Assembly (NCBI GenBank): GCA_965222225.1
Contig: CBDCTK010000002.1
Location: forward strand, 5,344,001 to 5,408,000
Length of the DNA: 64,000 nucleotides
Origin: Candidatus Poribacteria bacterium
GTDB lineage: Bacteria; Poribacteria; WGA-4E; JAJDTR01
Reading direction: 5' to 3'
Below, piece after piece: positions 43,826-54,392 of this stretch. A program made the translations under genes and the position numbers. The notes under the pieces were generated by a model. That model saw only the letters and a list, made by a program, of their open reading frames with translations, had not been told where the DNA came from and did not search any database. Position 1 is the first letter of the stretch, and every line of letters begins with the position of its first letter.

Positions 43826-43844
43826 AATCTGTCATGAGGAAAAA

Positions 43845-45146
43845 ATGCTAGAGCACAATACCCCGCGAGCGTTTCACGTGATGACGAAACCGATAGGACC
43901 AATCTGTAACCTCGATTGCGAATACTGTTTCTACCTGGATAAGGAAAAACTCTATCCGAAAACGCGCTCCTTCCGGATGACAGATGAAATCTTGGAAAAC
44001 TATGTCCGCCAATACATTGAGGCACAGCAGGTAAACGAAATCACCTTCGCCTGGCAAGGCGGCGAACCAACGCTGATGGGAGTCGATTTTTTCCGACGCG
44101 CTGTTGAATACCAGCAAAAATATCGGCGTGCGGGCACTCACATCCAGAACACATTTCAAACCAACGCTACTCTCATTGACGATGAGTGGGCGGTTTTTCT
44201 CAAGCGAAACAAGTTCTTGGTTGGCGTCAGCATTGACGGTCCGCCCGAAATACACGATAAATACCGATATGACAAAGGTGGAAGACCATCCTCCCACGAT
44301 GTTCTTAGAGGACTTGAGTTCTTTCAGAAACACCGCGTGGATTACAACGTGCTCTGTGTATTGAACCGTTACAATGCAGACTATCCGCTTGAGTTGTATC
44401 GCTATTTCAAGAAGATAGGCGCCCAATTCATTCAATTTATCCCGGCTGTCGAACATTTCACCGGCACACAAGTCTCCGAGCTCTCGGTCCAAGCCAAGCA
44501 ATACGGTAAGTTTCTTTGCGCCGTCTTTGACGAATGGGTTGTGAACGACATCGGGAAAATCTTCGTGCAAATCTTCGACATTGCACTTGAGGCATGGGTA
44601 GGCTATAATCCAAGCCTCTGCATTTTCAGCGAAACATGCGGCGATGCGATGGCGATTGAGCACAACGGCGATCTCTACTCGTGCGACCACTTCGTTTTTC
44701 CGGAATACCATCTTGGAAATGTTGCCGACACGCCAATTGAAGAGATGGTGGATTCACCGTTCCAGAGAAAATTTGGGACAGACAAGCGAGACACGCTGCC
44801 CCAATACTGCCGAGACTGCGAAGTCCGTTTCGTATGCAACGGCGGATGTCCGAAGAATCGCTTCATCAAGACGCCTTCCGGCGAGGATGGGTTGAATTAC
44901 CTTTGCGCCGGCTACAAGATGTTCTTCAACCATATCGACGAACCGATGAAACTGATGGCAACCGCCCTACAAGCCGGAAAACCCGCCGATAGCGTTATAC
45001 CCCTGATGCGAGAAAAGAAACACGGACCAGTCTCATCAAGTCGGATCCAAACTGCAACGACACCCCAAAGAGTTGGGAGAAACTCACCCTGTCCATGCGG
45101 TAGCGGCAAGAAATACAAACAATGCTGCCTGGGAAACAGCACATAG
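43845..45146 (+). CDS. Anaerobic sulfatase maturase (radical SAM/SPASM) with C-terminal SEC-C motif
   Basis: CNLDCEYCFY, WQGGEPTL, YSCDHFV, C..C....CNGGCPK, GRNSPCPCGSGKKYKQCC. Confidence 0.95.
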   Translation: MLEHNTPRAFHVMTKPIGPICNLDCEYCFYLDKEKLYPKTRSFRMTDEILENYVRQYIEAQQVNEITFAWQGGEPTLMGVDFFRRAVEYQQKYRRAGTHIQNTFQTNATLIDDEWAVFLKRNKFLVGVSIDGPPEIHDKYRYDKGGRPSSHDVLRGLEFFQKHRVDYNVLCVLNRYNADYPLELYRYFKKIGAQFIQFIPAVEHFTGTQVSELSVQAKQYGKFLCAVFDEWVVNDIGKIFVQIFDIALEAWVGYNPSLCIFSETCGDAMAIEHNGDLYSCDHFVFPEYHLGNVADTPIEEMVDSPFQRKFGTDKRDTLPQYCRDCEVRFVCNGGCPKNRFIKTPSGEDGLNYLCAGYKMFFNHIDEPMKLMATALQAGKPADSVIPLMREKKHGPVSSSRIQTATTPQRVGRNSPCPCGSGKKYKQCCLGNST

Positions 45147-45248
45147 GTCCTTGTCAGACGCTTAACGACACTCACGCGCTTGGCATTAGAACTCTCCGTA
45201 TGTAACCAACCACCACCTTCCAAACTCACTTATCCGTTCCGCCGCCCG

Positions 45249-45932
45249 TCAACCGAAATGCCTCCGTGCGTATCCTAACCTCTCCGGTTCTCCGATATCT
45301 ATCCAATCAATCTTCGTGTTCAGCACATATAAGTTCGGTACATGCGGAAAAACATCCCGTTCGATGGAAAAAACATCCCGATTCGGGAAGTACCCCGTAA
45401 TTGACTGTGACAGCAGATATATTGCTCCGTTGGCATACCCTGACCGTTTCGTCGCCTGTTTTTCATGAAAGGCGATAACCCTCCCACTTTCATCCGACAC
45501 AATCTCGCCATAGGAACTGATGTTTTCAGCAAACACGCCAAGTAGCAATCCATCCATTTCTGAGCGAAAATTCCGCGACAAATTGGAAAGCGGAAAATCC
45601 TTCAGTAAAATGTCGCCGTTCAGCAAAAAAAACGGCGAGGAGGAAACATACGGCATCGCGTTCTTTATTGCGCCGCCCGTTCCGAGCCTCGTTTCTTCCC
45701 TCGCATAGTGAATGCGTATCCCCTGATTCCTCTCGCCGACCGCGGAGTAGAGCACATCATGAAGGTGTCCCGATGCTAGGACAACCTCATCAACACCGGC
45801 TTCCTTCAAGAGACGGAGTTGGTAATCAAGCACCGTACAGTCGCCTATTTCCAGCAAAATCTTCGGCACATGCTCCGTGATGCTACCCAACCGCGATGAC
45901 AACCCGCCGCAGAGAATAATTGCTTGCACCAA
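45249..45932 (-). CDS. Sugar-phosphate nucleotidyltransferase
   Basis: AIILCGGLSSRL..PK, LGTGGAIK, NGD, WIDIG. Confidence 0.9.
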   Translation of the reverse strand: MVQAIILCGGLSSRLGSITEHVPKILLEIGDCTVLDYQLRLLKEAGVDEVVLASGHLHDVLYSAVGERNQGIRIHYAREETRLGTGGAIKNAMPYVSSSPFFLLNGDILLKDFPLSNLSRNFRSEMDGLLLGVFAENISSYGEIVSDESGRVIAFHEKQATKRSGYANGAIYLLSQSITGYFPNRDVFSIERDVFPHVPNLYVLNTKIDWIDIGEPERLGYARRHFG

Positions 45933-45959
45933 TACCCTCTATCATCCCGAACCAATTTT

Positions 45960-45980
45960 GTAGGGTGCGCACTGCGCACC
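45960..45980 (+). repeat. Empty GTAG-type REP palindrome GTAG-GGTGCGCA-C-TGCGCACC
   Basis: Identical copy at 62803-62824; other REP families GTAGGAGCGA..TCGCGAC (18955, 36036) and GTAGRGTGGGCACCGCCCACC (52667). Confidence 0.75.
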
Positions 45981-46174
45981 AGCCTTTAAAAGCGACGGTG
46001 TGCGATCAACCGAGCGAATAACAAGCACGACAGTGTTTCCATAGAGATTCCACCAGCCTTTGAAAGCGCGAGCGGTGCGATTGGTATATCACATGTATTG
46101 CAGGCGACAACCAAAGCGTGAAAAGACCTCTCCCAAAATGCCCAAAAAATAGCTTTGCCGCCCATTACACACAG

Positions 46175-46558
46175 TTACTCCTCCGCCACAAATTCAAAGG
46201 CATTTTGAATGTGTTCAAGTTTAGTGGGTGTAGACTTTGAGGAAAGGAAAACCGCAACAACATCAAAGCGGCAGGGAACATCCAATAGATTGTTGGCTTG
46301 GAGATAGCTCAGCGCGAGTTTGGATATCTGTTTCTGCTTGGCAGGCGTAACAGCCGCCTGCGGAACTCCAAATTTGAGGGTGCGCCGCGTTTTAACTTCC
46401 ACAAACACAATTCGCTTTCCCTGTTTGACAATAAGATCTATTTCACCGGAGCGCGAGCGGTAGTTACGCTCAAGAATTTGATAACCCCGGTCCGTGAGGT
46501 ATTCAGCGGCGAGTTCCTCTCCAATTCTCGCAACCTCTTTAGACTGATTCATTACCAA
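46175..46558 (-). CDS. yraN: YraN (UPF0102) family protein
   Basis: GEELAA.YL..GY.ILERNYR...GEIDLI..FVEVKTR, RFDVV. Confidence 0.93.
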   Translation of the reverse strand: MVMNQSKEVARIGEELAAEYLTDRGYQILERNYRSRSGEIDLIVKQGKRIVFVEVKTRRTLKFGVPQAAVTPAKQKQISKLALSYLQANNLLDVPCRFDVVAVFLSSKSTPTKLEHIQNAFEFVAEE

Positions 46559-46586
46559 TCCCTACGCCTCAGCTTCCATTACACAT

Positions 46587-47240
46587 CTAACACATGTCGG
46601 AGATAGGTTTGAAACTGCGCCGGTGAATGGGACAAGGCCCGTGCTGGGCAATTGCCTGAAGATGCTGAGCCGTGCCATAACCCTTATGTTGTCGAAAGCC
46701 GTATCCCGGATAGATTTCGTCGAATTCAACCATCAATCGATCTCGCGTTACTTTTGCGATGATCGATGCCGCGGCAATGGACTGGCTGAGAGAGTCGCCT
46801 TTCGGAATCGCTTGTGCAGGTGTAGAAATGCGGGGAAGTTGTGTGCCATCGACAAGCACATAATCCAGGGGTGGGACTATTTGTTCTACCGCATCTTGCA
46901 TTGCCTGCAGCGTAGCCTGCAGGATGTTCACTTTGTCGATAACTGTATTGCTAATGTGACTGACCTTTACCGCAATCGAAGTGCGCTGAATCTCGTCATA
47001 TAAGCGATCGCGTTGCTTTGGCGTCAACTGCTTTGAATCTGTCACCCCTTGGATGACGCAATCCACAGGAAGAATTACCGCCGCTGCTACCACCGGACCG
47101 GCTAACGGGCCACGTCCGGCTTCGTCAATGCCAGCAATGTGTCGATAACCTTCTCTTTGTAAAGCCAGTTCAATCTCTTGAATCTCGTAGTCACCTTCCC
47201 ATTCTGCTGCACTGGTGGCGAGTCGTCCCGGCATCGACAC
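46587..47240 (-). CDS. rnhB: Ribonuclease HII
   Basis: GIDEAGRGPLAGPV, DSKQL, IAAASIIAKVTRD, HKGYGT. Confidence 0.97.
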   Translation of the reverse strand: MSMPGRLATSAAEWEGDYEIQEIELALQREGYRHIAGIDEAGRGPLAGPVVAAAVILPVDCVIQGVTDSKQLTPKQRDRLYDEIQRTSIAVKVSHISNTVIDKVNILQATLQAMQDAVEQIVPPLDYVLVDGTQLPRISTPAQAIPKGDSLSQSIAAASIIAKVTRDRLMVEFDEIYPGYGFRQHKGYGTAQHLQAIAQHGPCPIHRRSFKPISDMC

Positions 47241-47722
47241 AACTTCACACCCAAAACCAAAGATTAAGAACCCGTTGGAAAACTCATTTCGAGTAGAACC
47301 ACCGCTCTGAAACTAACCTTTATTCAAGATTAAATCCCTGCACCAGTCTTTGCAAGCCCCAGAGTGGGATCAACTGAGCGGATAGCGAAGGCGATAGAGA
47401 TCTTAAAGGTTGGAGGATGTTAGAATCCGCCGGCGACTTTTCCCGATGCATCGGGCTGGGTGAAACACGAGTTCGAGTCTACAGGGAAGACTTTTTCAAT
47501 GGCCAACCAAAAAGACTAGATGGTTAAAACTTCACCCGCTTTTCTGGAACACTTGATTGACACCGTCTGTTGTACTGCTTAAATGTACAAAGTCAAACTA
47601 AGACCTCGCCCTTTCATCTGTGCTAAAATCTGTAACGGTCAGGCAGATATGAGACACTCCGAACTGTTCCCCTCCCGACCCTACGGAAACAAACTCCTGC
47701 GATTGGTGACGCATTGCAAAGC

Positions 47723-47850
47723 GTAGGGGTTGGGATCAACTGACTGGATAAGGAAGGATCAAGGGAATGGATAATGACCGATCAAGCGAATGAATAATGA
47801 GCGCGATAGCAAATCCCAATAGAACTCCCATAGAGATCCCCCCAACCCGT
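47723..47850 (+). repeat. REP hairpin containing three nested ~36-nt GA-hairpin units (representative of ~25 loci)
   Basis: Three GATCAA heads (47734, 47757, 47780) followed by three ATAG..TCCC tails inside GTAGGGGTTGGG...CCCAACCC. Confidence 0.85.
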
Positions 47851-47962
47851 TGGGTGCGGTATTCGCATTGGGAGGTGTTTCACATAAATGTCAACACGCC
47901 CTAATACAACTTTCCCCAAAACCCGCTGCGAGTAAGATTGCGCTAAGGCAGGCGGTACGAAA

Positions 47963-48322
47963 TCACTTCTGCGTTGCGAAGCGCCTTCGTTCGCGAACTC
48001 TTGCCGAATTTCCGGTTCTATCTCGCAGATAGTACAATTTGGCGCGTCGCACCGCGCCATATCGGAGCACCTCGATACTCTCGATGTTCGGCGAATGTAA
48101 TGGAAAAGTTCTCTCACTCCCTTCTCCAAAAGCCACACGTCGGACCGTAAAAGTTTCACTTAAGCCACCATTGGAGCGGCCTATCACTGTTCCCTCGTAT
48201 GCCTGAATACGTTCCTTCTCGCCCTCCCGAATCTTTGTGTTGACTCGCACCATATCACCTGGGCCGAATTCCGGGAAACCCTCCTTTATATACTCGCTCT
48301 CGACAGATTCAATTAGGTTCAT
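47963..48322 (-). CDS. rplS: 50S ribosomal protein L19
   Basis: [40 protein letters not shown]. Confidence 0.98.
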   Translation of the reverse strand: MNLIESVESEYIKEGFPEFGPGDMVRVNTKIREGEKERIQAYEGTVIGRSNGGLSETFTVRRVAFGEGSERTFPLHSPNIESIEVLRYGAVRRAKLYYLRDRTGNSARVRERRRFATQK

Positions 48323-48449
48323 CGTTTGTCTATCCTTTCATTTGGTATTCTTTAAAATTCGGCTCACACGAGTTTTTCATTCATGGTGACGGCAGCGCAT
48401 GTATCCCAAAGAACGTCAATCGAAAAACTCGTCGAAATGCTTCAACGCA

Positions 48450-49184
48450 TCAAATAGATCCGTTGGTGCATGATGCGTGTAAAAAGTCGGTGTCTTCTTC
48501 CGTCAACTCAATTTCTTTGAGTAAGTCCGGACGTCGCGCGGCAGTTCGTCTCAGCGACTCCTCATACTTCCAGCGCATAATCTTCTCGTGGTGCCCGCTT
48601 AACAGAACCTCGGGTACCTTCATTCCCTCAAAGTCTGCGGGACGTGTGTAGTGCGGGTGATCTAACAACTGTTGGCTAAAAGAATCGTACTGAGCCGATT
48701 CATAGTCGCCCAACACGCCGGGTAGCACCCGTCCAACTGCATCAACCAGTACAAGAGCTGGAATTTCTCCGCCACTCAGCACATAATCGCCAATAGAAAT
48801 CTCGTCTGTAACCAATTTCTGACGTACACGCTCATCAATCCCTTTATAGTGTCCGCAAATTAGAACTATGTGAGTTTCAAGGGAAAGTGCCTCGACAAGC
48901 CGTTGATTGCACGGCTTTCCTTGGGGAGTTAAATAAATGACGCGAGTGTTTGACTGTGGACTCAATGCCCTGATAGCTGCGAACAGTGGCTCCGGCTTTA
49001 GAATCATCCCTGCGCCGCCACCGTACGGATAATCGTCAACCGTTTGATGTCGATCGCTCGCAAAATCTCGGAGATTGTGAACGTTAACTGTCAAAAATCC
49101 TGCGTCTTGAGCGCGCTTTAAGATGCTCACTTGCAGGGCAGGGATTATAATCTCCGGAAACAGAGCAATGACGTCAATTTTCAT
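48450..49184 (-). CDS. trmD: tRNA (guanine37-N1)-methyltransferase
   Basis: VDDYPYGGGAGM, ISIGDYVLSGGE, PHYTRP, VPEVLLSGHH. Confidence 0.97.
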   Translation of the reverse strand: MKIDVIALFPEIIIPALQVSILKRAQDAGFLTVNVHNLRDFASDRHQTVDDYPYGGGAGMILKPEPLFAAIRALSPQSNTRVIYLTPQGKPCNQRLVEALSLETHIVLICGHYKGIDERVRQKLVTDEISIGDYVLSGGEIPALVLVDAVGRVLPGVLGDYESAQYDSFSQQLLDHPHYTRPADFEGMKVPEVLLSGHHEKIMRWKYEESLRRTAARRPDLLKEIELTEEDTDFLHASCTNGSI

Positions 49185-49617
49185 CTGGTGTGATAGAAGT
49201 TTGCAGCGCCCACTCGTTAATCTGAATCACGCGTCCGTCCTTGACAATAATCTCCGCCTGAGACAGTTTGGAGCGAATGTCATCCCCCACCTCGATTTTC
49301 ACAGGTGCATCATATGTGCCGCTAGCGAAAAACGAATCAATTTCCAATTGTTTCACCTGACTGAGTTGTTGCTTAAGGTTTTCGAGCGCCTGTTCCTGCT
49401 TTCCGCGCTCTTGACTGATTTCCTCCCGCAACTGATTCACGCGATGAGGCATCTGCTTTTGCGCTTCGGCAATCAACCGGCGGCTCTGGAACTCTTCCTG
49501 TTCAAGCCACTGCCCGATTTGGCTTATCGCGTGCTCAAGCTCCTTGGTCAATTGCGACTTGAAACTCTCCGTGACGACATTTTTCAGTATTACCGGTCGC
49601 TTTACGATAACAGCCAT
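49174..49617 (-). CDS. YlqD family protein
   Basis: VKRPVILKNVVTESFK, coiled coil, VGDD...EIIVKDG; conserved position after the KH gene. Confidence 0.8.
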   Translation of the reverse strand: MAVIVKRPVILKNVVTESFKSQLTKELEHAISQIGQWLEQEEFQSRRLIAEAQKQMPHRVNQLREEISQERGKQEQALENLKQQLSQVKQLEIDSFFASGTYDAPVKIEVGDDIRSKLSQAEIIVKDGRVIQINEWALQTSITPDEN

Positions 49618-49779
49618 CTTCCACTCTCATCAATTCGGTGAGCAAAGCCAAGCAGCCTCGGCAGCTCGATCAAGACGATAAGGCGGTGAAAGTCTAACTT
49701 AATCACAATGTTTCCTTCCTTGCTTTCAGCTTCCATCTGGAAGAACTTAATCAATTTAGGCTTAAACTCCTGTCCCGCT

Positions 49780-50025
49780 TTACTCTTTACTGGACTCAAC
49801 GAGTTCAAGCACAATCCTTTTATTCGCCTTAATCCCTGAGGCAAACAAGATGTTCCGTATCGATTTGAGTGTACGCCCATGTTTGCCGATAATTTTTCCC
49901 AAGTCTTCCTCGGCAACGCTCAATTCGAGGATTGTCACCTTTTCCCCTACAACTTCATGGACTTTAACCTGATCGGGTTGATCTACGAGGGATGTTGCAA
50001 TATATTCAATCAGATCCTTGAACAT
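49780..50025 (-). CDS. khpA: KH-domain RNA-binding protein
   Basis: LVDQPDQV..LELSV..DLGKIIGKHGRT. Confidence 0.92.
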   Translation of the reverse strand: MFKDLIEYIATSLVDQPDQVKVHEVVGEKVTILELSVAEEDLGKIIGKHGRTLKSIRNILFASGIKANKRIVLELVESSKE

Positions 50026-50111
50026 AAAATACCCTGAGCAACATATCCAATCTAGTGATTGTCGCTTATGCCGCGGCGAATAGATTCATTTCGGATTTCG
50101 GATTACAATTG

Positions 50112-50519
50112 TCAGTTGGATGATTCGCTCGGTGTTTCCGGCGTAGTGTCTGCGGATTCACTATCGTCTGCGGCAGAGGCTGTCTCATCTGTCGGCGGGG
50201 CGGCATCCCCCTCCGTCGAAGGCGGTTCCTCTTCTCGCGTCGGAACGGGCTTGCCCAAACGTTCCGCGGTAAACTTCTCCCAAATGCCGGCTCGCGATAA
50301 CAGGTTCTTTGCCGTGTCCGATGGCTGTGCCCCCCGTTTCAGCCACTTCAAGACCCTGTCTTCATCAATGACAACTTCAGCCGGGTCGGTTAATGGATTA
50401 TAATGACCTAAGCGTTCGAGAAACCGCCCATCTCGCTGAGCGCGTGCATCAGCAGCTACCAATCTGTAAAACGGACGTTTCTTTCTTCCGTGGCGTTGAA
50501 GTCTTATTCTAACAGCCAA
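50112..50519 (-). CDS. rpsP: 30S ribosomal protein S16
   Basis: [40 protein letters not shown]. Confidence 0.97.
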   Translation of the reverse strand: MAVRIRLQRHGRKKRPFYRLVAADARAQRDGRFLERLGHYNPLTDPAEVVIDEDRVLKWLKRGAQPSDTAKNLLSRAGIWEKFTAERLGKPVPTREEEPPSTEGDAAPPTDETASAADDSESADTTPETPSESSN

Positions 50520-50585
50520 AAATAACTTCCTCCTTATTGCGGTTATAGACTAAAAGACGTTTCAAACGTTCAATTAACTTGGAAT

Positions 50586-50655
50586 AGTAGTAAGCATACT
50601 CCGTATGCCGTATCTCTTGTGCAAATTGTGATACGGCGGAGCGTGCCTATCACTG
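50586..50655. repeat. REP doublet (REPIN-like) between ffh and rpsP
   Basis: GTAGTAAGCATACTCCGTATGCCGTATC ... GATACGGCGGAGCGTGCCTATCAC imperfect inverted pair. Confidence 0.5.
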
Positions 50656-50705
50656 CTTACCGTTCGGCTTGGATTTCCGAATCCAAGCTTTGACAGATGG
50701 TTACT

Positions 50706-52088
50706 CTATCGTGACTTGCGCTTCTTCCGCCGCTTCAAGTTCTTCCGATTCTTTCCGGGTGACTTAAGTCCAATCTGCGGCATCCCCATCATTGTTGTCT
50801 GTTGCTTGACCATGCGATTCATAAACTTGAGTTGATCGAACAGTTGGTTGACTTGGCGAACATCGGTGCCACTTCCATTCGCAATCCGCATACGGCGGCT
50901 GCGATCAAGAATACTCGGATTCCCACGCTCCATTGGAGTCATGGACTGAATGATCGCCTTCGCATAATTCAGCTGATCTTCATCGGGCTTCATGCCCTTG
51001 ATTGGCAGCTTGTTCATGCCTGGAATCATGTCCATTAGCTGATCGAGAGGTCCCATGTTCTTGAGTTGCTCAAGCTGCATAAGCAAATCGTCGAAATCCA
51101 GCCCATGCTTTTGACTCAGTTTCCGTTCAAGTTCTTGCGCTTGGTCGTCGCTGAAGATGGTTTCCGCCCTTTCAAGCAAGGTCGCGAAATCACCTTCACC
51201 CAAGATGCGCGATGCCATGCGATCCGGGTGGAATTCCTCTAGCGCTGTCGGAACAATCTTCTCGCCAACCCCGACGAACTTAATCGGCTTGTGCGTCACG
51301 GCGCGAATCGAAAGCGCCGCGCCGCCGCGCGCATCGCCATCCAGCTTTGTGAGAACTACGCCGTCAATGTCCAAGCTATTATTGAAATGTTCGGCGATGT
51401 TCACCGCATCCTGTCCCGTCATCGCGTCAACAACGAGCAAGATTTCGGTCGGATTGACCTCAGCCTTTATGTTGCGGAGCTCCTCCATCAACTCTTCGTC
51501 AATCGCCAAGCGTCCCGCAGTGTCAACGATAACGAAGTTATTCCCGCGGTTTAGCCCCTGTTTAACAGCTTCATTTACAATGGCAACAGGAGAAACATCT
51601 GTTCCCATCGAAAACACTGGGACCTCAATCTGTTCACCAAGCACCTCCAACTGCTTAATCGCCGCTGGGCGGTAAACATCCGCTGCAACCAAAAGCGGAT
51701 TTCGACCTTCCGAACGAAATCTCAGTGCCAGTTTCGCAGCGGCGGTTGTCTTTCCGGAGCCTTGCAAGCCGACCATCATGACGACTGTTGGGCCGCTCGG
51801 TGCAATGTTAATCTTCGCCGCCTGAGTCCCCATCAACTTGGTCAGTTCGTCGCCTATAATCTTGGCAATCTGTAACTCCGGCGTTAAGCTGCCGAGCACC
51901 TGTTGACCGAGCGTTTGCTCCTTGACATCCTCTATGAAGTCGCGCGCGACCTTGAAGTTTACGTCCGCCTCTAGCAAAGCCCTGCGCACATCTCGCAGGG
52001 CATCGGCGACGTTCTTCTCTGTCAGCTTGCCTTGACCCGCAATCTTCTTTAAGGTGCTCTGCAACCGCTCGGTCAAACTTTCAAACAT
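50706..52088 (-). CDS. ffh: Signal recognition particle protein
   Basis: MFESLTERL, GLQGSGKTT, DTAGR, TKLDGDARGG, RIANGSG. Confidence 0.98.
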   Translation of the reverse strand: MFESLTERLQSTLKKIAGQGKLTEKNVADALRDVRRALLEADVNFKVARDFIEDVKEQTLGQQVLGSLTPELQIAKIIGDELTKLMGTQAAKINIAPSGPTVVMMVGLQGSGKTTAAAKLALRFRSEGRNPLLVAADVYRPAAIKQLEVLGEQIEVPVFSMGTDVSPVAIVNEAVKQGLNRGNNFVIVDTAGRLAIDEELMEELRNIKAEVNPTEILLVVDAMTGQDAVNIAEHFNNSLDIDGVVLTKLDGDARGGAALSIRAVTHKPIKFVGVGEKIVPTALEEFHPDRMASRILGEGDFATLLERAETIFSDDQAQELERKLSQKHGLDFDDLLMQLEQLKNMGPLDQLMDMIPGMNKLPIKGMKPDEDQLNYAKAIIQSMTPMERGNPSILDRSRRMRIANGSGTDVRQVNQLFDQLKFMNRMVKQQTTMMGMPQIGLKSPGKNRKNLKRRKKRKSR

Positions 52089-52096
52089 TAATTTCT

Positions 52097-52486
52097 CTAG
52101 CTCCGCGCTTCATCACCGTATTGTGACTGAGGAAAGTCAATCAAACTGTGAAGACGTTGTTTGATATACTGAATTGTTTCCCTTTTCTTTGTGCCAACAA
52201 TGTCGGTTTCCAGTGCTTGTAGTCGCTCCAACACATCCGTAACTACGCCCCGTTGATGTTGGAAACTGGCTAACAACCCAAGCTCGTTCTCAAAGCGTTC
52301 AAGGCACATCTCTGAGGATCGAATCGAATCATACACCGCTTGCCGAGAGATTCTGAACCTTTCGGAAATCTCTCCCAATGACAAATCTTCCTCATAATAC
52401 AGACTGAGAAATTCTCGCTGCTTTTCCGTCAACAGATTACTGTAAAAATCTGACAGCAAGACGTACTTAAGTTTGTCTATTGACAA
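52097..52486 (-). CDS. ylxM: YlxM family DNA-binding protein
   Basis: DFYSNLLTEKQ...YYEEDLSLGEI..ISRQAVYD; directly upstream of ffh. Confidence 0.9.
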   Translation of the reverse strand: MSIDKLKYVLLSDFYSNLLTEKQREFLSLYYEEDLSLGEISERFRISRQAVYDSIRSSEMCLERFENELGLLASFQHQRGVVTDVLERLQALETDIVGTKKRETIQYIKQRLHSLIDFPQSQYGDEARS

Positions 52487-52550
52487 GTGGAATATCTCCT
52501 GATGCTATTCCGCGTAGCATTCCAATTAACGGTGATGTTGAACCAATGAT

Positions 52551-52616
52551 AGCAGTGTCAAGGTTTTAACCTTGACACTGCTCTATAAGATACCCTATCA
52601 ACTCCACCCTTGTCAA
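52551..52616 (-). promoter_or_regulatory. ylxM-ffh promoter with a 15-bp perfect inverted repeat just downstream
   Basis: TTGACA(52616-52611)-N18-TATCTT(52592-52587); AGCAGTGTCAAGGTT-TT-AACCTTGACACTGCT at 52551-52582. Confidence 0.6.
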
Positions 52617-53048
52617 TGGAAAATTAGAAAACTATCAGGGCAATCGCATCTGATTGTGAATGTATTGTAGAGTGGGCACCGCCCACCGCTTTTCGCCTTA
52701 TTGATTCACCACATGCGAAACACCAACGTGCGATCTGCAATCATCAAGTTACCGATTTCCCTTCTTCTCTGCTTTGTAGAGATCAACCGACCGAATAGGA
52801 TCACGCGAGCGATTAGCGAGTGCGATAGAGATCTTAAGGCGATAGAAATCCCTGCGCAGATCTGCGTTCCTTATCCTCTACTCGCCATCGCATTTACTGA
52901 TCGTTGGCGACTGTTCTTGCCGGTTTCCATCGGTAACCATCAAATCCCCAATTTTCCCCCTTCCCATCGCTTTTCATTTCTTCGTCTTGCCTAGTCTTAC
53001 ACTCTTTGCCCAGCCTTGTCACGGAGGCATACCTCACCACTATTATCG

Positions 53049-54392
53049 CTAAACCTTCTCACCCACCTTCTCCCTAGCTTCCAAAACCTTCGACACCACA
53101 GATTTGACATCATCCTCATCGACAAATGGTGACAGGATGTATGACTTCAAAGCGACGATAGGCTCGCCGTAACTGGTTCGCCGATAGCAATCCGTTATCG
53201 AAATGACAACCCCCTTGCCCGCCATCGCCTCCGAATGCACATAGTTATAGATCTCTCGGTTGTAGTCGTTATGTGAGAGCAAGCTATCGCGATCCGCTTC
53301 ATCCTCAAACTCCTGTCGCTTGATGGAAAACGTGTCCACACCAATCGGATAGGCGCGAAATAGCGTGACAGTACCGAAATTATCTCGATTCAACACGGTA
53401 GTGCCCTCCTGCCCTTCAAGATGTTCACGCAGCAGTTGCGTCATTTCAACAATGTGTCCAAGAACAGCTTGCAAACCCTCCTCGCCGAACAGGCGAAAAT
53501 TGGCGAGAGCCGCAAGCGGCCCCGTCCCCGATCTGGAGGTCTCAAGCGTGAACATTCCGGGGCGGTAGTCCCCAAAGTGATACAGATACGGCATCTGTTC
53601 CGGGTGTCGAGTCACCAATTCCAAATCCGATTGATCTTTGACGAGAACCAGGCTGGAAATATAAGGCGCAAACCCCGTTTTGTGAAAATCAATTCCAATG
53701 GAGTCCGCAAGAGATAAATGTCGTATTCGCCGACATGCCCCTGCTAACGCGCGGATGGTGCGTGGACGAAACCCGAGGCGGTCCTTCTCGATATCGTACT
53801 CCTTGAACACCGACCATGCCCACCTGATAACTGCGTCCGCGTGAATCTGCGGCTTGTAGTCAAGCTGAAACTCATCAACCAGCGTGTCGCGTAACGTCGC
53901 AATACTCTCTAAATCGTCTAATCCGAACGAATCGGTGGTGCCCGATGTCGCAATGATGGCGGCAATTTTTTTCCCGTCTCCTAATGCCGTACGATCCTGT
54001 TGCTCTAGTTGGGGGAGGTCAATTTCGTTTTCGACTGTTGTCGGGATTGTAATCAGATTGTTCGTTCCGATTCCTAGCCATCCCACAATGTTGGATGCGC
54101 AGTAGTGCCCCGCATCCGACACGAAAACCGCAATCTCTTCGGGCGTACCCTTCTGCATTGTTCCCGCACAGGTTTTCTCCAAGCCAAGCTTCACGCCATA
54201 GAGTGTTGTCCCGGTGCCGCCAAAAGTAAACACACCGCTCGATTTCTCCGGATCATAACCTATCAATCTGGAGGTCATGGCGACGACTTCAACCTCAGCC
54301 AATGCAACCAAACGGCTATACTAATCCCATGAGATATTCGGATTGTGCAAAGAGGCTAAGAGTACCCCAATCACGCTTGGAATTGTCGGCGG
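53049..54392 (-). pseudogene. Group II PLP-dependent decarboxylase, 5'-truncated with an internal stop
   Basis: FTFGGTG, GTTD..DD, HADA, DFHKTG; upstream in-frame PPTIPSVIGVLLASLHNPNISWD*YSRL ends abruptly at the repeat at 54392. Confidence 0.8.
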
